Assembly (NCBI GenBank): GCA_040954595.2
Contig: CM082597.2
Coordinates: forward strand, 9,951,778 to 10,015,777
DNA length: 64,000 bases
Source: Balanoglossus misakiensis
Taxonomy: Eukaryota > Animalia > Hemichordata
Direction of reading: 5' to 3'
Position 1 is the stretch's first letter. Each line of letters starts with the position of its first letter. The position numbers and the translations under genes were made by a program. Positions 58,201 to 64,000 of the stretch are shown in pieces. The notes beneath the pieces were generated by a model. That model was given only the letters and a program-made list of their open reading frames with translations, did no database searches and had not been told where the DNA came from.

Positions 58201-60002
58201 TGTGATACGGCCGTTTCCTTACCTATGGGTGTGGCACATTCTTCCAGTTGTACAACTTTCGCTTCCATCTTTTCAACACACCTGGTAATTGCCAACTGTT
58301 CTTCACGAATTTCTTTCGCTGTTCTAGACACACTATCTACTGAAACAGTAAGGTCTTTCAAACAATCCTTGATGATAGCTTTTAAACCATGTGTTGTCCA
58401 ACCTTCCTGTATTTCAACACTTTCATTATGCCTTTTCAACTGTCTCTGCACTGCACATGCCACTGACGACGCTGCCATCTTGAGAAATATCTGGATGTAA
58501 CACACTCCTCCTCTTTTTGTCCACGAGATTTTAACACAGCATGGGCCTCAGGGGTATTGTTATTTAGCTGAGAGTTGATTAGGTTGAATAGAACACACCT
58601 TCCAAACCTTATAGTTCTGTTTCAAGCATTCGGGCGATATTCAGGACACTGCTTTTCTGCCACCCCTGTAGACCTCGTCAAAATGGTGTTCACTCCAATG
58701 ATTTTGACATGAGAAAAAGAGAGGCTTAGTCCCTTCAATATGTTATTAAGGAGATTCAATACTACAGAAAACCGTTAAGAAATCCTTTGTTGCAATTTTT
58801 TAGGGTAATAAGGTCCTTTTATTTCATAAGTGCAGCCGACTATAATTCTCTGGAAAGTGAACATATGGTTATTACAAAATTCTCACAAACCCTGCAGGTA
58901 CATGCACAAGCATGTGGGCTTGCTTTGTGTGTTCCACTTACTAGACCATATCAAGTTAAGAATGGTAGTAGACATATCATTTTTTCCTAGCGCTGTTTGC
59001 TTGAGAACAGAAAAGTGCTCATTTCTTAGTTGTGAAGAATTTTCTATTGGTGCAGACCCCCCCCCCCCCCAACATGTAAATCATCAACATCTTTAGTGAC
59101 TCTACCCTCCTGTATTAAATGTCCGAGTGTATATTAAAGGGGTAGTTCTTCTAAACATGTGTTTTGTTTTTCATAGTCGGGAATTCCCATGCCTTTACTA
59201 CAAAATTCAATTTAGTAGCGGCAGCGGCCAAACCACTGCCATGATAAACAAAAAGTTAAACAAACAACAACCACCGTCATGATAAGATGTACAAATGTAT
59301 GTGCGTATGCGGTGTCTTGAATTGAGCTACCCACTCGCGCGATCGAGCAGCTGACACAAGAAGTGGCTTGTGTCAAAGGTCCCGCCCATATGCTAGTGAG
59401 TATATTGCTAAATAGCGGGAAGGCCCCCAATTCCCACTTGAAACCTGCTCGACACTGTTGATCGTAGTTGAATATTCTCCATTTTTAGCCTCTAAATTTC
59501 TGTCAACTTCAACATTTCCACCCCATTTCTAAACATCGATAAACAGGCTATCATACTGGCATTGATTAATACCTGTCTCTCTTGCTACTGGTTGTCGGAG
59601 TTTCAAATACATGTATTACTACGGCAGTTACTCATTAAGTATGCTGACAGTGGCACATCATACTTATTAACAAACAATTGCCTTTTTATACAAAGTGTAA
59701 AGTAGGCCTAGTAAAATACTATTACTAGTGTAAGTATTTGAAATTTGTATATTGGTTGATGTGGGGTTATGAAGTCCGCTCCAATGAAACACCCGGATGT
59801 TCCCACTTGTTTCAAAATGTGTGGCTGTGGTAGAAAATTACCCACTGTGCTTTGAGACGTAACCCACACTGCCAGGTTAGCACTCAGTACCAACTAATGC
59901 CTTGTTTTGATTCAAATTGCAGATGGACTAAATGAACAGCAAGATAAAGTTAAGGAAGAAGTCCTACATGAAGACAAATCACATGACCCAAATGAGCTAT
60001 GA
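916..60002 (+). CDS. HYOU1: Hypoxia up-regulated protein 1 (GRP170/ORP150), 5'-partial spliced CDS: join(916..1050,5834..5916,8289..8421,11279..11463,15842..15980,24465..24537,24699..24805,27819..28046,35676..35836,41577..41787,53857..54075,54476..54731,57777..57920,59923..60002)
   Basis: All 14 exons have AG acceptors and the 13 internal donors are GT; phases join into one 2154-nt frame. Translation has the Hsp70-family motifs VILVGGGTRVPKVQ and [11 protein letters not shown], the HYOU1-typical [35 protein letters not shown] and STLAKLGSTIS, an acidic insertion, several N-glycosylation sequons (NLT, NET, NAS) and a C-terminal xNEL. Confidence 0.96.
1966..2965. mobile_element. Non-autonomous TIR element with ~120-bp imperfect TIRs (CAGAGGTAGGG...CCCTACATCTG)
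   Basis: 1966-2090 is the imperfect reverse complement of 2860-2965; no clear TSD. Confidence 0.75.
3018..4308. mobile_element. Foldback element (P/Galileo-like): ~565-bp near-perfect arms with (TTG)n/(CAA)n and a 157-bp spacer
   Basis: Arms 3018-3581 and 3739-4308; termini CACAGGG...CCCTGTG; 8-bp TSD ATAAAAAT at 3010-3017 and 4309-4316. Confidence 0.9.
4336..4620 (+). repeat. 5' end of a DINE-1/Helentron-like family (TTTTAGGTCCCAT) with an expanded (TATG)n microsatellite
   Basis: Same start motif as the copies at 17484, 36806 and 55002; microsatellite at 4348-4572. Confidence 0.7.
5834..5916 (+). CDS. HYOU1: HYOU1 exon (VEIDQVILVGGGTRVPKVQQSLLKAVK)
   Basis: ttcag|GTT...AA|gtaagt; 83 nt; Hsp70 signature VILVGG.TRVP. 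Confidence 0.95.
6297..6607. mobile_element. Kolobok-like palindromic MITE (AGGGACAAA...TTTGTCCCT), TTAA TSD
   Basis: TTAA at 6293-6296 and 6608-6611; AG..CT termini; whole element is an imperfect hairpin; five copies in the window. Confidence 0.85.
7549..8184. mobile_element. P/Galileo-like element related to 3018-4308, with one internal arm and different TIR tips
   Basis: TIR CACAGGGAATAGAGGAATGAATC plus microsatellite; 7-bp TSD ATTATAC; about 7660-8110 matches 3760-4195. Confidence 0.85.
8289..8421 (+). CDS. HYOU1: HYOU1 exon ([44 protein letters not shown])
   Basis: ttcag|G...CAG|gtaata; 133 nt; [8 protein letters not shown].GA motif. Confidence 0.95.
8480..10383 (+). repeat. ~125-bp imperfect direct repeat pair (8480-8603 and 10256-10383)
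   Basis: CCAAACTATTAGGAC...GTGACCAGGTGACCAA occurs twice. Confidence 0.8.
8677..9243. mobile_element. Degenerate MITE with TAGACTTGCTC...GAGCAAGTCTA ends
   Basis: Inverted blocks TATGGGCTTCATTAT/ATAATGAAGCCCATA and GGGAACGCGTAGGCCCAT/ATGGGCCTACACGTTCCC; no TSD seen. Confidence 0.6.
11279..11463 (+). CDS. HYOU1: HYOU1 exon (VEFERVGV...[34 protein letters not shown])
   Basis: tttaag|GTT...AG|gtgagt; 185 nt; frame fits both neighbouring exons. Confidence 0.93.
11750..12115. repeat. Diverged ~21-bp-period tandem array with recurrent TTTGA, probably transposon subterminal repeats
   Basis: TTTGA recurs about every 21 nt, giving 7-aa periodicity in the minus-strand ORFs; preceded by TATGG at 11719. 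Confidence 0.65.
13362..13381. mobile_element. 20-bp perfect palindrome CATAGACCCTAGGGTCTATG with 7-bp TSD (P-superfamily footprint or minimal element)
   Basis: GTGAAAC at 13355-13361 and 13382-13388; CA..TG termini. Confidence 0.8.
14150..14587 (+). mobile_element. TTAA-flanked non-autonomous element (ACCCCGGTGCGG...CCGCACCGGGGT)
   Basis: 12-bp TIR, TTAA on both sides; near-identical inverted copy at 40302-40738. Confidence 0.88.
15260..15405. mobile_element. Internally deleted copy of the Kolobok-like AGGGACAAAG MITE
   Basis: Both ends recognisable and TTAA-flanked; centre missing. Confidence 0.75.
15842..15980 (+). CDS. HYOU1: HYOU1 exon (IFGKCNLTEVTLKGVGDAL...[20 protein letters not shown])
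   Basis: ttcag|A...AAG|gtaaag; 139 nt. Confidence 0.95.
16072..16914. mobile_element. ~840-bp branched palindromic element with internal hairpins (CACGAGCCGCAGGCGAGTG loop); unclassified, possibly Crypton-like
   Basis: Whole element is self-complementary; each arm carries its own ~150-bp hairpin; many TCTCACAC motifs. Confidence 0.85.
17213..17278. mobile_element. 66-bp hairpin mini-element, TAG..CTA termini, 9-bp TSD (AcademH-like)
   Basis: Flanks GCCACAAAT and GCCGCAAAT (1 mismatch); TAGCTCTGC...GCAGAGCTA. Confidence 0.7.
17484..18890 (+). mobile_element. DINE-1/Helentron-like non-autonomous element, family 1 (3' end not seen)
   Basis: 5' AGGTCCCAT...ATGGGACCT inverted pair, (TATG)n core, internal ~100-bp tandem units; colinear with 36806-41415. 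Confidence 0.65.
19143..19994. mobile_element. P-superfamily-like non-autonomous element, ~32-bp TIR, 7-bp TSD
   Basis: TIR CACGGTTACTAGAAGAAGACGGTTAGGAAACT; TSD GTCAAAC at 19136-19142 and 19995-20001. Confidence 0.9.
20066..20463. mobile_element. TA-flanked palindromic MITE (CTACCGTTGTCATTTTAGC...GCTAAAATGACAATGGTAG)
   Basis: ~400-bp imperfect hairpin with TA on both sides. Confidence 0.82.
20662..21430. mobile_element. Merlin/MULE-like MITE, GG..CC termini, 8-bp TSD
   Basis: ~90-bp TIR starting GGCTAGTTATACTTTGCGAAAC, with CGAAAC subrepeats; TSD TAAAAATA at 20654-20661 and 21431-21438. Confidence 0.88.
21450..22550 (-). mobile_element. Penelope-like retroelement, 5'-truncated; GIY-YIG endonuclease C-terminus (ORF 21944-22549) and 3' region
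   Basis: C..C..C zinc motif, NVVYCIFCDICCCQYVGQT, ..RM..H, V..HF...H, E..WI..L.T..P.GLN: the typical PLE GIY-YIG domain. Confidence 0.93.
21500..21553 (-). ncRNA. Minimal type I hammerhead ribozyme associated with the Penelope element
   Basis: Minus strand reads ...ACC CTGATGA A GTGGGATTAATCCCAC GAAAC GTC GG...: CUGAUGA and GAAA cores, perfect stem II, palindromic ACGT stem III, GUC cleavage triplet. Confidence 0.85.
24465..24537 (+). CDS. HYOU1: HYOU1 exon (VESVFEQLKPENETEEKEEQSTLA)
   Basis: gacag|GTG...A|gtaagt; 73 nt; VESVFE and STL motifs. Confidence 0.92.
24699..24805 (+). CDS. HYOU1: HYOU1 exon (LGSTISNFFSPSQDERETESLVEDNIEEESHKEDK)
   Basis: tttag|AG...AAG|gtgaga; 107 nt; KLG.TIS..F motif. 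Confidence 0.92.
26219..26233 (+). promoter_or_regulatory. CTCF-like motif CCACTAGAGGGCAGC next to a CCAAT box (GATTGG at 26201)
   Basis: Close match to the bilaterian CTCF core consensus; motif only. Confidence 0.45.
26430..26512 (+). mobile_element. Solo right end of the ACCCCGGTGCGG family
   Basis: CACTCCCA..AAATAAAC..TTTCCGCACCGGGGT TTAA, similar to 14520-14591. Confidence 0.7.
27819..28046 (+). CDS. HYOU1: HYOU1 exon, acidic insertion (NTDDDVMNEK...MQESE)
   Basis: poly-T acag|AAT...GAG|gtacag; 228 nt, phase 0/0; E/K/D-rich as expected for the GRP170 acidic loop. Confidence 0.85.
28287..29389 (-). mobile_element. ACCCCGGTGCGG family element with a different interior; hosts a Kolobok-like MITE
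   Basis: TTAA flanks at 28283-28286 and 29390-29393; ends match the 14150 and 40302 copies but the middle does not. Confidence 0.85.
28321..28667. mobile_element. Kolobok-like AGGGACAAAG MITE, full length (347 bp)
   Basis: TTAA TSD; the empty site CGGATTAACGTG is visible in the paralog near 40330. Confidence 0.92.
29700..30830 (+). mobile_element. Degenerate DIRS/Ngaro-like gag fragment with frameshifts
   Basis: LSLTALVRGELAII..HLIDLMYLADIYAW..YHCEVLQAIERGRFTW and C-terminal HICRPC..H motifs spread over three frames; similar to the 32293 ORF. Confidence 0.75.
30880..31640 (-). mobile_element. Non-LTR retrotransposon RT fragment (RTE-X/L1-like), degenerate
   Basis: KKAFDTVNH, GKMFTILKSIYKDVKC, RQGCIL..SPF; LLY.D-like and YLG motifs further along in other frames. 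Confidence 0.75.
32115..35390 (+). mobile_element. Internally deleted DIRS/Ngaro-type tyrosine-recombinase retrotransposon
   Basis: Intact gag, followed by scrambled RT pieces (RLVMDLNFP, AGPL..PIGIVVP..RRVVM); the 3' segment is shared with 62070-63580. Confidence 0.75.
32293..33411 (+). CDS. Gag-like ORF1 of a DIRS/Ngaro element, 372 aa, uninterrupted
   Basis: N-terminal CxxC..H..C, coiled coil, core LTIPQLVKGELEII..HLQNLMRLA..DW..VLNFHG.IL..I....W, C-terminal ICNKYN..C..C...HIC..C..H...C zinc fingers. Confidence 0.8.
   Translation: MSDHSDNETLTQSDRRTPNCSGCKQAVKGHRALGLQAGPNCTGVPQPQGTDGSAIPTPSVVVEQTVDSSQFEDLQARQAELLQEKQFLLQKREQRVLQTCISELEHEVATLRGQDATTSPMQPPPSIPLSSGNGGPPTLDTPRRNPAANQAVVAQLSHIVNSAWPTSIGQSTRAEWPIAHMSQGKPGKHPRDTQAPSSADESKVKRPHLRLPRKTFDNLTIPQLVKGELEIINSVYLPISSEERAPRLLHLQNLMRLAHKHDWIDVLNFHGTILEKIQSAELRWQDCFDRYEKELLSPDTLTSAKQGTDTDQTQAAKKSDICNKYNYQTCAWGDRCFRRHICHRCFKINNTATPHRGKDCPLATSKKNDTPK
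35676..35836 (+). CDS. HYOU1: HYOU1 exon (VKDDKK...IREDIQVEIVVLDLEDPSKEITKKSKA)
   Basis: attag|GTA...AA|gtaagt; 161 nt. Confidence 0.92.
35888..36360 (+). mobile_element. DIRS1-type tyrosine recombinase relic
   Basis: VFLLALA....SELHAL, DPKFLVKN and THEVRALAASWSLF..SQNTFISAYL resemble DIRS1 YR boxes; deletions and stops present. Confidence 0.65.
37427..40777 (+). mobile_element. Nested or tandem Helentron-like family 2 elements (5' AGCTGCAAGCAGC..GGGCCCAAGC; 3' GGGCCCAAGC..GCTTGGGCCCTAA hairpin)
   Basis: Heads at 37427 and 38068; hairpin tails at about 40076-40110, 40130 and 40748-40778. Confidence 0.65.
40302..40738 (-). mobile_element. ACCCCGGTGCGG family copy, inverted relative to 14150-14587
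   Basis: Colinear reverse complement with scattered substitutions. Confidence 0.88.
41577..41787 (+). CDS. HYOU1: HYOU1 exon (LQELKQRDLEKAEREKAQNMLESFLFETQDKLYQEEY...SDWLYDDG)
   Basis: aacag|A...CAA|gtaagt; 211 nt; Hsp110-type N.LESF...WL helical domain. Confidence 0.95.
42178..44512. mobile_element. Large foldback element (IS3EU-like termini TATGG..CCATA, 6-bp TSD) with ~775-bp near-identical AT-rich arms
   Basis: CAAGCG on both flanks; arms 42178-42953 and 43137-44512, the right arm split by an insertion; target is a family-2 GGGCCCAAGC hairpin. Confidence 0.88.
43816..44407. mobile_element. Kolobok-like non-autonomous element, TTAA TSD
   Basis: AGCCCCAGTATTTCTCGT...ACGAGAAATACTGAGGCT; the empty TTAA site survives in the opposite arm near 42279. 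Confidence 0.9.
44513..46356 (-). mobile_element. Helentron-like family 2 element(s), reverse orientation
   Basis: Head GCTGCTTGCAGCTT at about 46342-46355; hairpin tails at 42166-42177/44513-44538 and about 44560. Confidence 0.6.
45701..46047. mobile_element. Kolobok-like AGGGACAAAG MITE, full length (347 bp)
   Basis: TTAA TSD; I count only 2 substitutions relative to 28321-28667. Confidence 0.92.
46640..46900 (+). mobile_element. LINE (L2-like) AP-endonuclease relic
   Basis: LVIAEDFNFH, QLV..STH and SD-like motifs in broken frames. Confidence 0.5.
47940..49260 (+). mobile_element. DIRS/Ngaro 3' part: end of RNase H plus tyrosine recombinase pseudogene
   Basis: HVPGKFNHIPDAISRL; ASSTKATY, SIRQYL, KLPITPDLL, FFALLRKSN, WSKTIQ, SFMRGGA, IKLLGDWKSD..KY; frameshifts; HSFR box altered to PSFM. 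Confidence 0.9.
49268..50955 (-). repeat. Inverted paralog of about 38430-40110 (Helentron-like family 2)
   Basis: Same spurious ORFs on opposite strands (MSQVSPCIWHF.., MCCPKIHSVENN.., LPYPSKHLAIY..); colinear over about 1.7 kb. Confidence 0.9.
50958..51632 (+). mobile_element. Third, left-truncated copy of the 3018-4308 foldback family (spacer plus right arm)
   Basis: Matches about 3620-4220; ends with a different tip, ...CCTAAGCTCCCTATG. Confidence 0.85.
52273..52707. mobile_element. AcademH-like non-autonomous element, TAG..CTA termini, 9-bp TSD
   Basis: 20-bp TIR TAGCCCGGAGACACAGGCGT; perfect TSD GCGTTGGTT at 52264-52272 and 52708-52716. Confidence 0.88.
53030..53724 (+). mobile_element. 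CR1/Jockey-group LINE 3' fragment with (AATA)n tail
   Basis: AFKMLGLIKR..LYVSLVRSRLEYCSVVWSP..EKVQKRF..LSLRR..LDL; AATA tandem tail at 53696-53724. Confidence 0.85.
53857..54075 (+). CDS. HYOU1: HYOU1 exon (AYKSKYRELRNEF...YTQVELDTLEKLINETV)
   Basis: gacag|GCT...GTG|gtaaga; 219 nt. Confidence 0.93.
54476..54731 (+). CDS. HYOU1: HYOU1 exon (QWQLEKMRKQRDVPLYEKPVLLS...LDREIGYLLNKAK...)
   Basis: tacag|CAA...G|gtaagg; 256 nt; KPVL...LDRE..YLLNKAK motif typical of HYOU1. Confidence 0.94.
55351..56077 (+). mobile_element. PIF/Harbinger (Tourist-like) MITE, TTA TSD
   Basis: TIR GGCTGCATTCACAAACACCTCTGGAGGGG; TTA on both sides; second copy at 62793. Confidence 0.9.
56200..56905. mobile_element. Unclassified element with a subterminal inverted repeat and a terminal ~135-bp hairpin (possibly Crypton-like)
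   Basis: GTTTATCACATACATAG/CTATGTATGTGATAAAC pair; ATATAATTCCCC...GGGGAATTATAT hairpin at 56767-56904. Confidence 0.5.
57777..57920 (+). CDS. HYOU1: HYOU1 exon, acidic C-terminal tail
   Basis: accag|AT...G|gtatgt; 144 nt, phase 1/1; low complexity, supported by phase and composition only. Confidence 0.8.
59923..60002 (+). CDS. HYOU1: HYOU1 last coding exon (GLNEQQDKVKEEVLHEDKSHDPNEL*)
   Basis: ttgcag|AT...CTA TGA; phase-compatible; ends in the KDEL-like tetrapeptide PNEL. Confidence 0.88.
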
Positions 60003-60697
60003 AAACTACTGTGCCATGAACCATTTTTGAGATGACGCTATTTATTTAACAGTATGACATGGTTGTACAGAAATATTAAAATTACAATCAATGCATTTCA
60101 TATTTGTATGTGTTTATATGGTTGGCATGGTAGCATATCAGTTCTTAAACTTTGCATTATATGTTAAACTGCCAATAGATATTTTCATCTGAAAATTCTG
60201 AACAGGTTTCTTGGTCCAGTGTTTTCTTTTAAATTTTGACTGCTCAGACACACCTTGAACTTTTTTATGTCAACAGCACAGATCGCTAGCAAAGTTAATC
60301 ATGCTATGCATTCACATTAATGGCATCAGAATATTGTAAGTAGAAAGTACATAAGAAGAGTAGATAACCATGAAACATTGTTGGTAAGATGTGCCCTGCA
60401 TGTCACAAAATTTGAAGAAACAGAACACCTCTGAAAAGTATCCTTACAGTTTCTATGGTGCTTTTTATAAAAGAATAATTGCCAATTTTACATTTAAAGT
60501 AAGTTTTCATAATGTGAACATAAGAGGAGTGACTGCATATGATCAGAGACATTTTTCTCTTCTGTCTATTGTAACCACTTTCAGTGAACCACGGTGAGAT
60601 AGCATCAAACTTAGATTTAATGTAGCTTGAAAACAGCTCAATATTTCCTGATTCTCCTGTTTATGTAACTTTGTATTTTTCATGTTTCAGGTTCAGA

Positions 60698-60703
60698 AAT
60701 AAA
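60698..60703 (+). terminator. Candidate polyadenylation signal AATAAA for HYOU1
   Basis: AATAAA about 700 nt after the stop, with T/GT-rich sequence downstream; an alternative ATTAAA lies at 60075-60080. Confidence 0.5.
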
Positions 60704-61429
60704 TAATTCTGTGAAAAATGATTTTCACTCAAATGTATAAATCATTATTGAGAATGTATGGTTATTTTTTATTACTTATTGTTTCAACAGAGACAGAGGT
60801 TTCACACATGAGCTAATGACGCACAGTGTTTGTGTGTCTGCATTGGATTAATGTCAAATATAGTATACCATAAAGTATCTAAATGGCAAGAACTTATTTG
60901 ATTTTTGTGGGTGTGGCCTGCATATTAATTAAATTTAACATTCACATTCTTTGTGACATATAGCAATGTCATGTTAATTTGTACAATTAGACCTTATAAC
61001 ACCAGAGTTTTACCACCTCTAGATAGATTGAAGAACTTGCGTATATAAGAGATCCTCAAGACATGCTCAATTTTCAGGTATTCTTGCTATGATGTCCGGG
61101 TCAGGGCTTTTAGCTCTTGGGCACTTTTTTCTGGTACTAATCTACAGGACAACCATAACAGCAGTACAATGGAAGTCGAACAGCATCACTTCAGCTAATC
61201 TCATACATGGCAGTCTAGGTGGATATGTTTATCATGGATCTGGTGTTCATGGTGTTACCTTGTCTATGCTCACTTAACCCTCTTCATAATTTTCAGTTAT
61301 TTTATTTTGGAATTGTCAAGTCCCTCTACTACTGGACGATTAAGTTACAGTTTACGGACTCTAAAAACAGCAAAACATGAAGAGAAATGGCATTTCTTTT
61401 TGTATTTCATTCATTGTCATTCTTTTATT

Positions 61430-62065
61430 GCCATAATGGCACTGGATTCTGGTAAATGTGTACTCATGGTTCTCCTCGATCTCTCCTCTGCATTTGACAC
61501 CATAGATCACGAAATACTCATCTCAAGGTTATCAAAACTGGGCATCACCGGCCAACATCCCACTACAATGGTTCTCATATCTTACGGACAGACAGCAGTT
61601 TGTATCTATACATGACACAATATCAGAACCTCAATATCTACAATTTGGAGTACCGCAGGGTTCAGTGCTTGCCCCGCTTTTGTTCTGTATTTACATCCTA
61701 CCACTTGCTCAACTTATTTGTCACCACAACATCAATTTTCACCGATGACATCCATCAACTATACAAATATTTCTTCCAGTCAGATCAGACATCATAAGTA
61801 CATTACTCAAGATGGAAAGGGCAGTTCACGAATTAAAACCTGGATGACACATAATAAATTTCAATGGCAAACCCGAAGTACTTCTGATAAGGTCTCACTT
61901 CAACCGCTCACCTTGTCACATAAATCGCATGAGCATTGGATCAAATTGTGAATTCTGCACGGAATATTGGTGTGACATTCGATGACAATTGCACCTTCAA
62001 TAAGCACATTAATGCAATCTGCAAGTCAATGTTCTTCCATCTGCATCAAATTAGCCATATTCATG
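61430..62065 (+). mobile_element. L2-like LINE RT fragment, degenerate
   Basis: [49 protein letters not shown]. Confidence 0.88.
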
Positions 62066-62069
62066 GCTT

Positions 62070-63580
62070 GCTCTTCATCAGCAAACAACAGTTTTGCAAG
62101 CTTCTGCATTTGCCACAGGGACTGTTCAAATTTAAAAAAGCCAGTGGAAGACTTTCGTTTTGTTTTGCCACTTCTTTGGCTTCAAGCCAGCGCGCCGGCA
62201 ACACCGCATGTTTTTCCATGTTTATTACCTTTTTATCTCGTTCAGTTAGTCCAGTACACTCGCTGAAAAATTTTCTGCACGATGTTTCTCAGTGGCATTC
62301 GTATTTGGGCATTGAATTCCCGCTCTAGAGAGTTTCCACGTCAACAGACCTTATGAGGTCTCCAGCGACTGGAAATCGTTTGCTTATTTGCGTTACATGT
62401 CAGCCCACAAAAGTGCTGCTCCGTCACCACACTTATGCAAGAGCATTTGCGTTCCCACTATAAGCAGTCTTTGTCTTGAAGCTTTCACATTTTTTATCAG
62501 ACGTGTTAGGTATCTTTCTTGCAAGTTACTACGCAGTTTCGTATCTTACGGGCTATGGGAACTCCCTGAATGCTTCCCCCCTCTGGTTTGGCTGCTTGGA
62601 GCTGGTTTTGTCAAACTCCTTTCATCTGCGTATTAAAGAGTTTCCGCCAACCTTTGAGTGTGTCGCATTCTGTTCCTTCCCATTAGCCCACTAGCTTTCA
62701 AACATTTCCACAGTTTGAGTATCTCATGTGTATTTACATACGTCAGCAATTTACCCACTACACATGTGTTTTCCTATACAATTCCTACATAAGGCTGCAT
62801 TCACAAACACCTCTGGGGGGGAGAATTGATGGGGGGGATTTGAAAAAATTGAGGGCATGTAAGGGGGGATTTGAAATAATTTAGGGACTGAAAGGGGGGG
62901 ACTTGAAAACTTTGACGACTAAATATTTATTTTGAGTCCACAAAAATGCAGTTTTGCGCCCTTTATTTTACAAAATTTTCCCACACCCACCCCCTCCATT
63001 CATCAACACCTTTCAATCATTGACTGGTTTATCTTTTGTCCCAGGTCAGGGGACTTGCCCCCACCGCATGATAACTTTGAGCGGCGACAGTTAAATTTGT
63101 CCTCCCCAACATACCGGTAGTTGAGTTAATTTGCTTTTGCCGGGTTCATTAAAATGCAGCTTTGAGCTCTGTATTTTATAAAATTTTCTTACGTGGGAGG
63201 GGGACACCCACACCCACCCCCTTCAATTCTCGGTTTACAATGTCTCCCAACACAGAATACAAATACTTAAAAAATAAAAACAAAGTTCAATTTTAATACC
63301 CACTGATGAGGGGAAACATCAGTTTCAAATTCTTTTCATGGGAGCGCTGTTTTTCTTTTTTACAAGATAGATAGGTGATGTGTTTTGCTCTGTGAAAGAA
63401 AATGGGGGGGGGGGGGATTTCAAAATGTTGGCAGTTCGGAAGGGGGGATTTGAAAATATTTTGGGTTATGCATGTGAAAATTAGCGGTAAAAAAAATTGA
63501 ATTCTCCCGCCCCCCCCCCCCCCTCCAGAGGTGTTTGTGAATGCAGCCTAAGTGGAGTTCCAGAAAGGCAGCCACTAATT
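62070..63580 (+). mobile_element. 3' end of a DIRS/Ngaro element (YR C-terminus relic and tail), paralog of 34870-35390, split by a Harbinger MITE
   Basis: SDWKSFAYLRY near 62363-62396 resembles the YR GDWKS..Y box; shared tail GTGGAGTTCCAGA..GGCAGCCACTAATT. Confidence 0.7.
62793..63548 (+). mobile_element. PIF/Harbinger MITE, TAA TSD
   Basis: Same TIR and body as 55351-56077; TAA at 62790-62792 and 63549-63551. Confidence 0.9.
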
Positions 63581-63584
63581 ACCT

Positions 63585-63900
63585 CTGCAAACAATGAATG
63601 CTTTCTATTGATTGATTTTTTCATTGCTTTGGTTATCCATAAACTGGTTACCAGTGGTAAATGATCAGATTTATCTGCAGCAATAGTACCATAATATATT
63701 GGACAATTATCTATATTGGTATATACATGATCAATAATGGTTTGGGAAGTATTAGTGATTCGTGTACGCGTCAATACAACTTGATTCAAGCATTATATCA
63801 AAGTTGTGTGAAAATTATCTATAGCACCCTTCTGAGTCGAAAGGTCAGTTTAAATCAACCTTAAAATACAGTGTTTTTTATCAAGTTTGATGCTAGTGAG
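63585..63900 (-). mobile_element. CR1-like LINE endonuclease C-terminal fragment
   Basis: TRITNTSQTIIDHVYTN..SDHLP..WITKAMKKSI. Confidence 0.75.
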
Positions 63901-64000
63901 TACATTAAGAAGACTGTTTTCAATTTCTAATATACCGGTACTAGTATTTGGATTTCTGTACATGATTCCTACTATTAAGGTCTCATTTATATAAATTACT

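Noticed and set aside
1-64000. tRNA, rRNA, snRNA or snoRNA genes
   Set aside because: None recognisable by eye; an Infernal/tRNAscan run would be needed to exclude intronic snoRNAs.

Overview
Eukaryotic (animal) genomic DNA, probably a marine invertebrate such as a hemichordate or echinoderm; the taxon is my guess from repeat style. The window holds the 3' part of one + strand gene, HYOU1/GRP170/ORP150 (ER Hsp110-type chaperone). I reconstruct 14 GT-AG coding exons from 916 to the TGA at 60000-60002. All splice phases are compatible, giving 2154 nt or 717 aa ending in ...HDPNEL*; the 5' exons lie upstream of the window. About 96% of the gene span is intron, packed with transposon relics. These include long foldback palindromes, MITEs with readable TSDs (P/Galileo-like, Kolobok-like, AcademH-like, IS3EU-like, Merlin/MULE-like, Harbinger-like), Helentron/DINE-1-like elements, several DIRS/Ngaro pieces (one with an intact gag), LINE fragments and a Penelope GIY-YIG fragment carrying a hammerhead ribozyme. 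The most unusual observations are: one TSD-less core cassette at the symmetry centre of two otherwise unrelated palindromic elements; a 20-bp P-like excision footprint; a branched palindrome-of-palindromes; and a ~1.7-kb inverted repeat pair bracketing a single exon. Superfamily assignments rest on termini and TSD rules and on motifs recalled from knowledge, not on database searches.
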